A stretch of 64,000 nt of DNA from Vicugna vicugna (lineage: Eukaryota). This document shows positions 47,100 through 62,449 of this stretch, in pieces. Where the stretch lies: the NCBI GenBank assembly GCA_013265495.1, contig MU058463.1, positions 124,001 through 188,000 on the forward strand, read 5' to 3'. The notes under the pieces were generated by a model that was not told the DNA's origin, searched no databases, and saw only the letters and a list, made by a program, of their open reading frames with translations. Within the stretch, counting starts at the first letter, position 1, and every line of letters begins with the position of its first letter. The position numbers and the translations under genes were made by a program.

Positions 47100-50000
47100 T
47101 AGTGAGCATGAAAAAGCACATTTTTCATTTATCATTACAGATAACCTGTGCTGAATTTAAAAACTTGTTGTCAAAGAACTTTCAAATATCCATTGTGTGA
47201 ATGATTATCCCCAAAAATGTTGAGCATAAAATTGGATTTGTAGTATGGTGTATTTAAAATATTTATTTAAGTTAATGTTAAATGAGAAGAAAAATGCAAA
47301 TGTATAATGCTACCATACCATATTAGCATTTTTGCAACAAATGTACAGATTGGACAATAGAAAGTGTATTTTTTTAATTTGATGCAAATAATCATTGTTC
47401 TCATTATAGAACCTTTAATCTCTTTTAGTCAGAAATGAATTTCCTGAACATAATTGTGATTCTTAGAAATTATGACAACAAAATGCTTATGCTTATTAAA
47501 TGTCATGAAATATTTTAATACATATTTCTTCCATAAAATAATTAAAAGAAATTATCCTCTATTTATGGATGCCTTTTGCCTAGATAATGAAACAAAAAAA
47601 GTAGGTTTGAAAATCAGTGAGTATACCTGGATTTGATATTCAAATTATTGACTCTTCCAAATTGCTTTGTTATCTTTGGCAAGACTGCCACCAATTAACA
47701 TTTTATTGGCCTGCTAATAATTTTAAATACCTAATAATTTTCCATAAATTAGAATTATTCCACAGGGAAATGATTAGGTTTAATAGATAAAGTTTATAAT
47801 ACTGAGACTACCATAAAAACAGAATTATTCAAATTAGTAAGTATCCAGAGCCCTAAAATGATTTTTTAAATGTTTCACATCATTAATGATGAGGCATGAA
47901 AATCAACCCAATTACTTAATTCCCAGTAGAGCCATGTATCTAGTTTTATTGATTATATGCTATATAAAGCATTTGACCACTGAGATAATTAATTGATGAG
48001 TTTCATTTTAAACTAACATAACAATATACATTTCTTATGTGCCTATATTTAATTTTGACTCTTTTGTATTCTTATAATTTTTGTCCTATAGTTTGCAACT
48101 ACAGTATTTCTTCCTGAAATATCTTTTACAATTATTGCCCTTTTCAATTTGACCATCTTATATTGCAAGTTTGGGAGGAAGATAACTTTTCTTTTGAGTT
48201 CATAGTTCTCTAGAGCAAAAGAAGCCATGTAAGTGGCGTGATATAGAGAAAATCATGTAACACCAAGAGATGTTGGACCTAGTGCCAGAAGTAGTGATTA
48301 GGTGATAAATTTGGGATTGGGTTAGAATGTGATATACATGGAAAAAAGACGAAACCTAGTATTTGGTGACTAGAAAGGGAGACTGCATTAATCTATTAGT
48401 GTTCAACCAAATATGGTTACCCTCCCTGTAAGAACATCATACTATCATTCAGCTAAGCCATTTGACTTACCAGCTAAATAATATAAGTGAAGTGATCCAC
48501 TAGGTACAACATTTTACAACCAATTCCTGGCTAATCGACTTTCCTTTTCCTTGTCTCTGCAATCCTGGAGTTACATTTCTATGGAACTTCCAGTGTCCTT
48601 TAGAGACTATGCTGAGCAAAGTACACTTTTCAACCCATGATGGACCTATAACCCAAATGTAATATTAGCATATTAAGTCACTGAGTTTCTTTTTCCTGTA
48701 GTATCACCAGGATATGACTAAAGTTATTTTTCTTATAAACTCTTTATTGGACCAATACTATAATGAGTGTATCTAAATTTCCAGTATAACCTAAAATTAA
48801 GATGATTCACAGAGGATTTAATAAAGAACTATTGTGAAATTGTGATTTCCTAAACGATATATGGCAGTATCTCAGAGGTAATAATAACAGGTTCTGCTAG
48901 CATCTTTGGCTGGAAGGGGCTAGATGCAGAACCTAGAGGGAGAGAGCTGAATGGAGAGGACCACCTTAAAAGAACCATTACAAGACAATGCAACAGAAAG
49001 GGAACTGTGAGAATTATACTTCTAGTCATCCTCCTCCTCCCTCTGACCTCCTGAAGCCCAACTGATGTAGCTCAAACATCTGTAGCATCAAACACATAAA
49101 AGGTGAGTCTCTTATAGCAGAGAAGCATAGTGGAGGTGGGTAATGATTCCATTACCCACAAGCAAAAGAGATCCAGTTCAGTGAACCTCAGTCATCTTGT
49201 TTGATTCACCTAACGATGGCAACACTTGCAAAGTAAGAAAGAGGTACTTTAGAAAGAAAAAGAATATTAATAATATGACCAGGTTACCAGGGTAAGAAAG
49301 AAATAAAGTAAGCAAGATGGAAAAGGGGAAAGAAGCGTGCATTAAATGCTTAAAAGATTGTAGCAAAGCCAATGCAACCAAGTAGCAATGTCTGAATGAG
49401 TAGTATCAAAGGAGTAAAAGCACACTTTTCTTCCTCTAATTTACTTCTCAAGATGAGAGTTGATTATTTTCTCTTCAGTGAAAATTATTCCCACCACTAC
49501 TACTCAAACATATACACAAACTCACATTCATAGTGGATGATTATATTTGCTCAAAGAGTACCTAGTTTAATCAATGTAAATCACACACTATTTTACATAC
49601 TTAAAAATAAATATAAATGAAAAATAATGTTTCAAAATAGCCATATCAAAATATTCCTGTTATGTAAAATCTATTCAAATTTAATAACTCTTACAGATTT
49701 AACTCTAACTGAATCCCATTTGGATTATTTATAAAACAATTAACTTCTTCCTCAGCCACTTCTTTCACTATAATGGATAAAGGACTTAAAATTTTCTTTC
49801 ACATGTTTTCTATGAATTAATAGGATAATTTTAATATCGATTTTACCATCTTGGATAATTTATTTTGCTCAGAAGATTACCTACAACATGTAAATCAAAT
49901 CAGTTTAATTTTGCTGTTCTCAGAAAACTTATTTCTCTTCTGTGTGCTGTAAATGCTATAGTTTATAAAAATCTTAATTATAACAATAATTCCTCCATCT

Positions 50001-51261
50001 TTTCAAATAGCAAATTTGCAGTATTTACTTTAAATTTCTATGTAGAAATATTTTAAAAATCTATTAAATTTTTAGGAAAAGAAATAATGAAAAGTTAAAA
50101 TACATGTTGGGATTTGTGGGTGAGAATATACAATTAATTAAGAGACACAATTAATTAAGGAACTAAGGGGATATAATATTCTAATTACACAGAAGACATT
50201 GTATTTTAAGATTTTTACAGACCTTCACAATTTAATCATGAAGACTAAAGAGTAGGGACAATTTTATATCTTCCTATACTTTCATTGGAGAAAAATGAAT
50301 TTCTGAGAGAGCAGAAAACTAAGTTTTGACCTTGAGATTGAGCACTATAAATGAATTAAAAATATTAAGCATTTAAAACATAAAATTAGAAATTTAATAT
50401 AAATTTCTTGGTATATGTTATCTGGTCTGAGATAATTTTGACACATCTGTAATAATATCCTTTCATGAATTATAAGTAAAGGTACAGCATCTACATTTCA
50501 AATATTTATAATAATCTTCTCAAGTCATAAAATCTGCCTCTCACCTCAGACCTACTTTTGTACAGCTGCTTTCTCAAAAGTCACTAATAATACTCAACAT
50601 CTTTTCCTTTGTATTATCTCTATTAGTATCAGACTTATGGCATTTAAAAAAGTTTATTTCTAGGGATCATAGAAATTGTTATGGAATGAATAAATTAAAA
50701 AATAATCTTGAAATCAAGGGCTTGTGGTTTTGTTCTGAAAGGCTTCCATTAGATGCATGTTTAAACATGCATTAACATGGTTAAATTGAAGTAACAACAT
50801 TATTAACTAATTAGAAAAAAATTTATTGTAGATGTACGGCAACCCTCTACTCTAATTACAAAATCCAGGTACCAGAAAAGTTTGTCCAATCTCCAAATTT
50901 CCTCTCCAATATACTTCTTTCCAAGGATAATATTAACATATCTAGGCTACTATTTCTCTTTATATCTAAATCAAGTAGTCACATATTTTATAAACTCCAA
51001 TATCTCATCATGAAAAAGTAAATTTTTAAAAATTGTGAAATATTATTTTTTCTCCCTTGGAATGCTTATATTTTTAACAGAGGTATTAAAAGGTACAATT
51101 GGAGGTGTGATTCAGCAATAGATTTGCTGGGTTTCTGGCTATGTTCGGGGACATGGTATATATCATTAAGACTGCCCACCCCATTTACGTTTAAGGCACG
51201 TTTTCCTACTTTGCCAGTACAACAATATTAATTGAACAGGTAGATACTTTTATAATAAATA

Positions 51262-51292
<31 letters not shown>

Positions 51293-53299
51293 TAAAGACC
51301 AAAATAAAACATGCTTATGCAACATAAAATTAACTTTCCTGTTAATGTCAATTTAATATCTTCAAGATGATACAAGAAAAATTCTATCATTTCATGCTTT
51401 TTACCTAAGTCTTATTTTGGACAACCTATTTTATCCTCTCTTGTGCTATATTTAGTTGCATGCATGTTGACTACTCTACCAGATTGAGATCTTACTAGAA
51501 TTTTTCACCTTTGAATCCCTAGTGTCTATCTAAGATCTTGAATACAATTATCTCTCAGGGAAAATCTGCTGAATTGAGTAGAGAAAAAAATAAAGATTAA
51601 AATAGTTTTCGTTGAAAAAAAATCCCAAGATTGAGATACACATTTTTGAAAAGAAAGAATATAATGAGTAGTTCTAGGCTTCATGCAGATTATGTATTGT
51701 ACCTGAAGCCAATTTATTTGTTAAATGTTTTCAAATTTGTGAAAATAGCTTGCTGAATGTCAAGATAGACACTTGACATGTAAAATAAATATTGTGAATT
51801 AGAAAGGTTAATAATCATAGTTTAACCATTACTCTTCTATTTACATGTATTAATGGGTCTGCTAATGTAAAATTTTCCTAGAATGTATTCAAAATGGATG
51901 AAAAATGTGATGTTACCCTATGCTATGTTCTCTTTCTCATGTACTACAAATTATTGCTTTAGTAGAACTGATAGAAGAGTACTCACATACAAATGAATAT
52001 CTAACATACAATCTTGTTGCTGTTGGGTTTTTGTTATTGCTATTCACAATTTCTGATATATGGCTGGATATAGCCACAAGTCTCAAGGTATTATGACTTT
52101 AACAGATTTTGCTCACATTGATCGCAAAGCCTCAAGAAATAACAGATATAATAGCAATTAAATAATATCTCCTAACATTGACTACTAGGTGTCTTTAGTA
52201 ACCTGAAATATTACTTTGAGTTGACTGCTTTATTCAAGACTATGTTGCTTGATGACAGTTCTATATTTGTGCACAAAAGTCTTCACTGGGATAAGAAAAA
52301 ATCAGAATAATTTCAAAAGTGAAGGTATCTGCATTGAAAAGAGAACATTTAAATCAGTTTGAAAGAAACTATGTATCTTGTATTTTCCAAAGGAAATAAA
52401 CTGAATTAAGCCTTGCCACCTTTTAGGAAAAAAACAGAGAAAAGAACTTTATCCTGGCATATTTTATACTCCTTCAAGACTGTGCTCACGTTCAGAAATC
52501 TATTAGCTTCTTTACAATGCTTTTTGCAAACACTCATAGGTGGACTTCTCAAAATATGGTCTGAATATCACAGTCGGTTCTCAGCAGTCTCACAAGCAAA
52601 CGCCAGGTAATTTGGCATTTTTAAAGTAAAACAGGATAAAATAATACATGACTTATAAATATGTAAATAACTATATTTTCCAAAAATTTCACTGTATTCT
52701 CAATTACCATATTCTGAGGATAGGTACACAAAGAGAAGTGTCTAACTCAGGTGGTCCCAGACAACACTGGAAAAAGCAATTCAATGTTGTTTACATTAAT
52801 TAGACAATTTAGGGACTTTAATTATGGCCTTAGAAACGTCTCAATAATCATCATTTTTCTTAACAGATGTATATACCATAAAACAACTTCATAACTCAAA
52901 AGTTTCATCTAATCCTTAGCAAGATATTATTCATATCATAAAACATAATTACATATCACCTGTATGTTTTTATTTACATTACTCAGAGTAACATTATACC
53001 TCCAACATTAAAAAAAAAACTGGCTTAACTTATAGATTAAAGAACAGTGATGAACTAGAGCTTTATAAACATAAGAAAGCATAATATGAATGTCAGGAAT
53101 TATGTAAATCTGTGTGCAACGGGACAAGTGCATTGAGGAAGAAGATAATTCAAAGTGAGAATACTGCTAATTAAAATAGGGAAAAAAATCTGAAAACTGA
53201 ATTATGATAATATATATTGCATTGCCTTTTACAGATGTTTAATATTCTTTTCAAGAAAAAGAACAGTAGCCTCTATTATGAGCAAATTTGATTTTCTAG

Positions 53300-53600
53300 G
53301 ACAAGAACAAAATAATGTTTTCCAATAAAACCTTAATACACAAAAGACACTTTGAAGCAATGTAGATTATTAGGGAAAAAGAGTCACTATGTAATGATAA
53401 AACTATCAATTCAACAAAAAATGTATGAAGTCGTAACTTCTTAAACACATGAAGTATTAATTTCAAAACACACAAGGAAATGATAAAAGTACGAGAAGCT
53501 GAAAAACACTTTAATGAAGGAGATTTTAACAAATGATTCCTTTTGTATACAAAAAGTAAATAATGTTAAAATTAAGCAGGTAACAAATAGTAGACTAAGT
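53300..53600 (+). mobile_element. Old L1 endonuclease-region fragment
   Basis: Degenerate AAAGAGTCACTATGTAATGATAAAA...TCAATTCAACAA...GGAGATTTTAACA, corresponding to the [10 protein letters not shown] and GDFN regions. Confidence 0.55.
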
Positions 53601-54009
53601 CAAATAGCTTTTATCAAAGTTGTTAGAATCACATAAAACCTTGTTAACCAAAGGTAAATTCCATTAACCACCTCCCATCCGTATACTATTGCTGCCATAC
53701 ATTTTCCTTTTGCAGAAAATATGAATCCTATAATACAATGATATAATTTTTCTTTACGTACTCAGTGGTCTTATAAAAAATTTAAGAGAGGGAAAGGGAA
53801 TTTTATATTTCTCCACCTATTTTTCTTTCTTTTTTATCATATAGCAATTTTATTGCTTTATTATTATTAATTAATAATTGCTTAACATGTTTTTCTCAAG
53901 CTGCAGGAATTCTCCACCAAGAATTTCAAAGTAAGTGTCATAAAATAACATACAGGGCATGATGCTACCCTTATCTTAGCACAGAATACCCGGATTATGC
54001 TTAGGTCTT

Positions 54010-54140
54010 GTAATGGCTATGTACTACTTTAGTCACATTGGGCAAATTGATTGACCTCTTTGTATTTCATCTGTAAAATTAAAATGTTGAGTTCAGTGTC
54101 CTTTAAAGCCCTATCTGTGTCTAATGTTCTATGATTATGT
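54010..54140 (+). mobile_element. MIR3-like SINE fragment
   Basis: TTGGGCAAATTGATTGACCTCT...TCATCTGTAAAAT...TCTAATGTTCTATGATT. Confidence 0.6.
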
Positions 54141-54274
54141 GACTCTAGAAGAATCTCTAATGAACTTATGAACCTACCCGGAGTCTCTGGATCTATTATT
54201 CAATCAGATTGCTTGGCTGGGAATTACTGACAGTTGATTGTGATCTCCTTCATGAGATGACAGGATAGCTATAG

Positions 54275-54600
54275 GCATTAATTATCTATTGCTGCATAGC
54301 AAATCACCCCGAAAGTTTTGGGCTTGAAACAACAAACATTTATTATCTCACAGTTTCTGTGAGTCAGGAATCTAGGCATGGCTTAGATGGATCTGTTGGC
54401 TTAGAGTTTCTCACTGGGCAACAGTCAAGGTGTTGGCCTGTGCTACAGTCATCTCAAGTCTCCCCCCAGGGATCATCAACTTTCAGGTCCATTCACATTG
54501 CTTTGTCAGGCCATCAAAGATCTGCTTCCAAGTTCATTGAAATGGCTATTGCCTGATTTGCCTGGTTTCAGGTTCTTCCTGGCTATCTATCTGAGTGAGG
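54275..54600 (-). mobile_element. MLT1 (MaLR) LTR fragment
   Basis: TTATCTATTGCTGCATAGCAAATCACCCC...AAACAACAAACATTTATTATCTCACAGTTTCTGTGAGTCAGGAATC is the reverse-complement MLT1 3' end. Confidence 0.75.
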
Positions 54601-55565
54601 GACTTAGTTCTTTGATAACTGTAGCCTTGTAAGTCTTGATACTGTTAGTCCTCCAACTTCATTATTCTTTTTCAAAGTTGTTTTGGCTATCCTAAATTCT
54701 TTGCATTTTCTTATGGATTTTAGAATCATTTTGCTAATTTCTACAAAAATGTCTCCTGAATTTTGGTTGGGATTGGGTTGAATTTGTAGATCACTTCGCA
54801 AAGAAATGATGTTTTAACAGTAAGGATCTTCTGACCCCTGGACATTGTACATATCTTCATTTAATTTAGGCCTTCTTTAATTTCTCTCATCAAAGTTTGT
54901 ATCTTTCATTGTACATATATGGCATATTTTTTGTCAGATTTATCCCTAAGCACTTTATATTTCTGATGCTATTGTAAATGATAATTTTAAGTACCTTCCT
55001 TTTCCCAGGTAACTTAGGCTCTGATTGAATCCCACCCAGCAGGTTATGCTCGGGTAAAACAGTTTCTCCTGAGGAATGGCTTTGTTAATAAGAACAGAAT
55101 GCTCTGGTTTATTTGGAAATGATTATTTTCTCCCTCTCCCTGCTGGAAGCATGAGGGGTTGTTTTTTATTTTTTTCCTTTGACATTTACCAGGAGCACCT
55201 GATACAGTTCCTCGATGAAAACTCGGAAAAGTATGGAAGCCCTCTTATGAATGGGTCCTCTTAGAGTTTTTAACTCTCAGAGTTGTCCACAATGAGCCTA
55301 TCGCTAAAATTATGGTTTAGATTTTCCTACCCAGGAACTGATACCCATAGAGTTTTCTCTTCATGAGTTTCTGCTCCATTAAACGATGATTCTCTGAATC
55401 TGTCTCTCCAATTTTTGGAGCAGTGGTTTGCCTTGTGACCTCACTTCTCTGTCACATCTAAGAAGAGCTGTTAATGACTCAGTTTGTTTAGTTTTTCACT
55501 TGTTGTTAGGTTGGAGTTGTGTCTTCTAAGTTTCTTACATGCTGGTCAGAAACTGGAAGTCCAGT
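54600..55565 (-). mobile_element. Old L1 relic: ORF2 fragment (~54600-54990) adjoining an L1MD/MC-type 5' end (~55000-55565)
   Basis: ORF 54604-54801 contains FVEISKMILKSIRKCKEFRIAKTTLKKNNEVGGLT, matching the ORF2 segment [35 protein letters not shown]. The 5'-end assignment is from recalled consensus only. Confidence 0.75.
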
Positions 55566-58500
55566 AATACAGTTTTTAATTATAAAAGTTATTTTTACCA
55601 CTTATCTTTTCCTCTTCCACTTTTTACTCTATTACATTTTATCTTATTTTTTATACTTTATTCCTAAAATATACTTATAGTAATATTTAAAGTCTTTGCC
55701 TACTAACTCAAAAATCACTATCATTTCTACATTTGTTTCTATAATATAATTTATTTCCTGCTTATTTGTTACTTTTACCCCTGATTCAAATGTCTAGGAT
55801 ATTTTGATCAGATGCCAGATGCTATATACTGTAATGTTCATTTTAGTATTTTACTTAAGAAGTTTTGAATTTTGTTTGACAAACATTTAAGTTATTTCTG
55901 GATAAACTTGTCTATTCAAAGTTCATTTATAAACTTTACTTGTGCAGAATAACCCTTATGTATTTATTTAGATTTGGCCTACTACTAAAGCATGATCTTT
56001 CTGGATTATCTACTCAAAGCCACAGCTATTCAACAAAATTTACTCCCTCCTATGGTATGAATGTTTCCCAGTTCTGCATGAGTTTCAGTAATTATTAAAA
56101 TTAGTACTCCCAAGCACTTTTTCTTTGCCTGGATTTATGAATTTTTACCCTATTTATGTGCATAATAAGTATTCAGCCAAACATTTTAGTGAATTCCATT
56201 TGCACATTTCTAGAATTCTTTCACTGGGTTTTTCCCTTCCCTCTGAAACTCTTCTTCAGAGATTTCAATTGCTGTAGCTTCCATTTTCTCTTTCTTTCCT
56301 CAAATCAGCAAGATTACTGGGCTGTTACTGGGTTTCCAGATTCTATGTTGCCGTCTGGAAATTGACTCCATGCAAAAATCTAGATCACACATAGTGTACT
56401 TATTTACTTTTTCTTAGAGATCAGAGTTCTATGCTGCATGTTTTCAATGTCAGAAACAGTTTTTTTCTTTCTTTTTTTAATGTTTTTTACTAGTTTTCTG
56501 TTTTTTAACTTTTTTTTTTAATGGTGCATGTCAAGATATATAGCAATCATTAACAAAGCCGTAAGTAGAAATTGTGTCTCATAATTTTTGATTGCTGACA
56601 TTGGGGAATATTCTCCTGTGATTGTGTAGATTTCATTGTCTTTCTTTAGATAAAAGATTGCTGATACTTGTTTGAATATCATTAAGCTGTGATTAGCATT
56701 ATCTTTTAATATCTTCATTTTAAGGTTGAATGTGGTGTATTTAGGATTGTTTTTTAATTCTAGAGCTACCTTAGACTTGTTGTTAATGTGTGACTTTTCT
56801 ATGGTCTTTACTGAATATCACAGATATTCAACGAGGTCTCTCCACTTTGGCTGGAACTTGAATATCTCAAGTCCCTCTGTGAGATCTGGAAATGTTCACC
56901 TCACATAACCCCAGTAGCAATTTTCCTAGCCTTACAGATTTTCCCTTTGCATATACACATATTTTTATTTTATAATAGATTCAAGGGATCTTTATCAAAA
57001 TTTCTGAGTGTTCTGTTCTTTGCCCCTTTCTACCCTCTCTCTCTCTGACTTTCTGCCTCCAAAATTCCAACTTTAAAAACCCAGTTTTATTTTTCTCACT
57101 CATTTTTCTTTGCTTTTTAAAAAATTTGTTCTGTTTTTGTTTTGTTTTGTTTTGTTTGTTTGTTTTGACTAGTACTCATCTGTGAATGAGGGTAGTTCAT
57201 TTGGAACAAGCACTTTAAGGAGTTTCATGAGATAGAGTATCAAGTTCATGATCAAGCTTAGGAACAATTACTGTTACAGCACACTTAGGTGCAAATATTA
57301 GGAATTTTCTTCTTCATCTAACTTTCTTCAGCTTAAATTTACTTAACACCAGCCAACTCCTACTGCAGTCTGTTTCCTCACCCAAACTCACCAACAGTCT
57401 GCTTCAGGCACATGTGCCTTACCTGTCTTATCTTTCATTTAATCCCCATCCCATGATGGCCCTCCGTCCCCAACAAAGCCCACAATCAGGACCTACACTG
57501 GATAATTTTGTTGGAAGAATCAAGGAACTATTAATTACTTAAACTAGTTAGAAAATTCTGATCAACAGATTAAATCTGAGATATTAAGCATGGACTTCCT
57601 TTTATCTTGGAGAAGGGTTATGTTTCTGATACCCTATTTGACTTCTGCTGAATTTAGACCTGTTCTTCATATTTATGATTTATGCCTTAGACGTTTCCTA
57701 AATTCTATGTTTCCTTTTCTTTCGTTTGGGCTCAGATGGTAGAGTTATTTATTTAATTAGAAGAGGTAAAAGGTGGTTTTATTCCATTTTTAGCAAAATA
57801 TTTTTTCTTAGTATTTAAACTATTGCTGTTTTCTGAGATTATTTATACAGCTAAATAAAAGCTCTATCAAGACCCAAGTTTTATTTGTAGCCTCAAATTT
57901 TATTGATAAAAAATTGTAATAAACAAAATGAAATGGAAACTATGGCATGAAGTTAAGGGTCTTGTGTTCTGAAAGTACAAAATTGTTATTCTTCAGAAGT
58001 GAAGCACTGGAAAACAGTTTGAAGCTGCCATCTGGAGTAATAATAAGCTCAGTGAGATAGCAGATGTCAAGGCCAGCTTCTCCTAGTCAAAACCACATGT
58101 ACCAAGTAACTCAATTTTTCACTGGGGGACAATTTGTTTTGGGGGAACTTTTTTACTTTCTAACAATCACTAATCTCTCATTTATATTGCCCAAACTGCC
58201 TGAAGCACAGTTATCATCTCCCTGGATGATCTTTTTCTCGTTTAAAAAAACTACTGTGTTATTGAAGACAGATTGTTGCTAATCTGATCTCTCTCCTGTC
58301 ATAATCTCTTTAATTGTTGAAAATGAGTCACTCAGGAAGTGGAATTAATGTGAGGTAATTATTGCAATAGCTAACTGACAAACAATTTCATAATATCTTT
58401 CATCTTTAATCAAGTGTTTCTTCAGTGTCATGCAGAGGTTGATCAATTTTAGATTCCTTTCTATATATCATATATCTTTATATCATTTTAAACATGTCAT

Positions 58501-61500
58501 TGTATAGTTTTACAATCCTACTAAGCTACTTTGCAAGCTCTTTATCAACGACTGTAATATAAATCACTTTGGTATATCTCAATCACTATAATACTACACT
58601 TTTTCTTCATAGTTTTGGATTTTGGTAAAAAATAATTGTGAATGTATTTTTAAATTATTCTCAAATATTTCACTCATGTGTAAGCTATGGAAATAACGTA
58701 TATACATATTTTTTGTCTGAAAGTAACTTTATTTATTCATCTATTAACACCATTCATTTCATGATATTAACTGAATGTCAACTACATCACATTCAACCAA
58801 AATGATGTAGAAGGTAATTAAAAATAATCTTGAGAATACAGATGGAAAATGTAAATTTTGATTCATTATATATATATATATATTCTTCATACAGGTCATT
58901 CTCATTTAAAATATCTAAAATATGTTCTCTATATGATAGGTTTTGTGAAAGATTCCTTGAGTGATTTGCATCTAAACTTAGAAAATATCTAAATATGTAC
59001 CTCAAAGTAAAGTTTATTTTTCTTTCCTATTTGACCAGAGTTTTGCTTGTTTGGTATCTCTAGAAGGATCTCAAGGTCTGGGTCTTTTTACTAAACACCA
59101 AGAGCAAAATTTTCTATGATTGAGTCATTTTATTTTTTTATGAGGTATTTTTTATCAATATGATTTCACATTGAAAAGCATAAAAACATTATTAATGAAT
59201 GTTTATAATATACATTTCCATAAGAATACTAATTAGCTTCCTTAGCATTTATTTGGAAAAAATAAATGAATATAAATCAAATTTGTCATTAGTCATAAAT
59301 CATAGTAATTTTAGTAGTATGACAGATTGATTATTCATTCATTTACCTCCATGAATAGTCAGCTCAATCATCTGTACTGTTGAAAGGAAAAAAACATGGG
59401 TGAGTGTATTTTAAGTGACATACATTTTAATTTTAAATTTCTATATATTTGGCAGCAGGCTTAGTGTCCTGATTATATTTTGCTGTGGTTTCCAATAGGT
59501 AAATTACCTTTCACTAGTTTAGTTATTAAGAGAGAAGAGGCATGTTCACTAGTGATAAAAGGAGTGTGGAATTTATTTTCAACAGTACATATTAAAAAAA
59601 ATCATGTGTATTATTAAGGTTGAAAATTAGAGTATTTTTTGTGGGTATACTTAAAAAAGACACATTGTAAACATATTCTATAAATCCATACATTTTCTTG
59701 GTTAATTAATCATTTTCCTTTATGTAAACCTTTTCCTAAGTGTTACTAAATTTCTTCTGTATCACTATTTTTTTGGAGTGTAATTCCATAACAGACATAA
59801 TTTTTAAAGTAACTAAAAATATTTGAATTTTTTAAAAAGCTGAACTTAGTAAACTTAATTGCAAAAAGGGAAGAATTAAATAAAATGAAGAATATGTCAG
59901 ATATAGTAAAATTATCTTTCTAGGACATGCATTTCATGGAACAGCTGAAAATCCTTAAATATACAAAGCATTACCACAACCATGTCAACCACCACTGAAA
60001 ATTTTGTCATAATGTCCATGAAATTTAAATAAGACTACTGAACTTAAATATTATCACATTAGTCTACATAACTGTTCAATTCATTTCTAAATAACATAAA
60101 GATTGATGATTTCTGAGTTATCCCATCTGAACTAGTAACGACTGAGAAATTATATTTGTGGATTCTAAAGCACTAGAGTATACAGAAGTGGCAAATTTCT
60201 GTGCTTGCCCTTATTAAACATGAATTAACCCATTAACTTTTGAACTTTCTACATTATATATAGTATCCAAAGTTAAATAGAGAATTTTCTCGTGGTATTT
60301 TGAAAAACAACATTTTATATGCTGATGATTTTGTTCGTTTAATATTTGGAGTTAGTATGGAAATCTGCAGCCAGAAATGGTTGGGAAGATACCAACAGTA
60401 AGGGCAATAACTTTAAACCTCAATCCTTATTAGCATCACATTCTGAGTGTAGATTGTGGAGGAATTTTTCTATTTATTTCATTTATAAAAAATACACTTA
60501 AACAGAGATGTATTGACATGTTTTTATCACCACTCATTGTGAAGCTCAGTCTTCCCTTTACACAGATTTTGTAGTACTGAACTTATCTATTCTTCTTTGG
60601 ATAATATTTAATATTACTACTGATGTAGGCACAATTATTTTTACATTTTAAAGTATCACAGAAGTCTATAATAGATTTACCTAGTGTTTCCCTGACAACA
60701 AAATGTATGTTCCCTAATTTTAAAGATGATACTGTCTCATTTTTTAGCGTTGATCACAACAGCTATCACAATATCTCAAATATTAAAAGGTACTAAAAGT
60801 TTCTGACTTGGAAAAAGAACTCTTCATATATTTTTTATTAATTACAGAAAAACATATAATCAAATACTAAACGTTAAAGTAATGGTGATTATATAGACTG
60901 TATAGAGAAAAATATGAAAAAAAACTTTCATACTCCTTTCTTCCTCCAGTACATCCCTTTGATGTATAAATTGTCAACAATTCCCAATTCTTTCCTAAAT
61001 TTTATGAGTCCATTATAAGTAAATATAAAAAATATCACACAACATTGTAAAATGATTATAAATCAATAAAAATGTTTAAAAAATCAATATATCTTTTGAA
61101 AATATAAATGAACAATTTAAAACATTTTCATGTGACATGACTTCATTTTTAACAGTTTACTGGTTTTGCACAATGTCCCCTGCCCCAACACACACACACA
61201 CACTTATGAATAATGTTAGTATTTTAGATTCTTCAAAACTTAGTAAAATATGTGTGGTACTGGTTAGCCTTGTAAGTAAAAGTATTAAGTTTTCACTTTA
61301 TTCGGTCAAGAGAGAATAAAAATTTCCTAATGTAATTCTACTTGTAATCAGAAATGTGTTTTGGAAGAAAGATGGCAGGACTAGAAGACAGTAGCCTGAA
61401 AAAGTTTGAAATAATGAAGCATGGAGTCTAAGGTTCATAATAAAGGAAGGCTAAACAAGGAGCAGAGAGACAGGCCTCAAGGAATAAGAGGTCTCCATAA

Positions 61501-62449
61501 GTCTGAAACCCAGGATAATGTGAGTACTGAATATATGTATTAGAATCCTACAGGTCTTTTTATAATATGACAATATCATGCATACAAAAGAATTTTTGGC
61601 TAGACCATGTTCTGAAAATTCTAATATATGAAAATAATTTAGATATTATTTTTATTTTATGAAATATCAATAGATTTCATGAAATTAACAGTTACGAAAA
61701 AAGATGCATAATCATAAATTTATATAAGCATATGCCAAATCTGAAACACACATTTGTAAAGTTGTTTTATCCAATGAAATGCTTGACAATGTCACCCAGT
61801 CCAATTTGAAGATCTTCTGGAATGCTGCATAAACAAATAAACAAACATTGCAAAACAAAATGTTCCTTCCCTGCTATCTTATATTTTTGTAACTAACTAT
61901 AACAAGGATCAAAACACATTTAATCAGGAGTCTACCTAAGAATTCATAACAAAGACTTTTTGAAAGTATATTCACAGACTGGATGTCAAGGTAAGATAGA
62001 TTTAATGACAGTAATATTTTCTCATTTAGACAGCTTTCCAGAGAATAAAATTATATTTAAAATCAACATGGTATTGTATTGTACTGAGCATATTTGGAGT
62101 GATTAGGCATAAATATTTACTATGAAAATAATATGCTCTATATTTATACCGTATAGTAGACTCAAATTTTAGTGGCATTAGGCTGAGGCAGCAGAGATAA
62201 GAATGTATTCTTCCTGTAGGGTTATTTATTTTTGCCCTGGAATTTAGTAAATTTTGATGTTTTAATCATATCTTCCCAAGTTCCATATCCCTTAACTGTC
62301 TTCACACTTCAGTTTCAGGATGTGTTCCAGCTACCATTGGGCTTAACAAATTACTTATCAGCTTAAAACAAAGACTTTGTAAAACTCACAAGTTTCTGAT
62401 ATGCCCCGTCAGTACTTGAGCAATTCTTTGTTTCTGACACTATAAGGAG

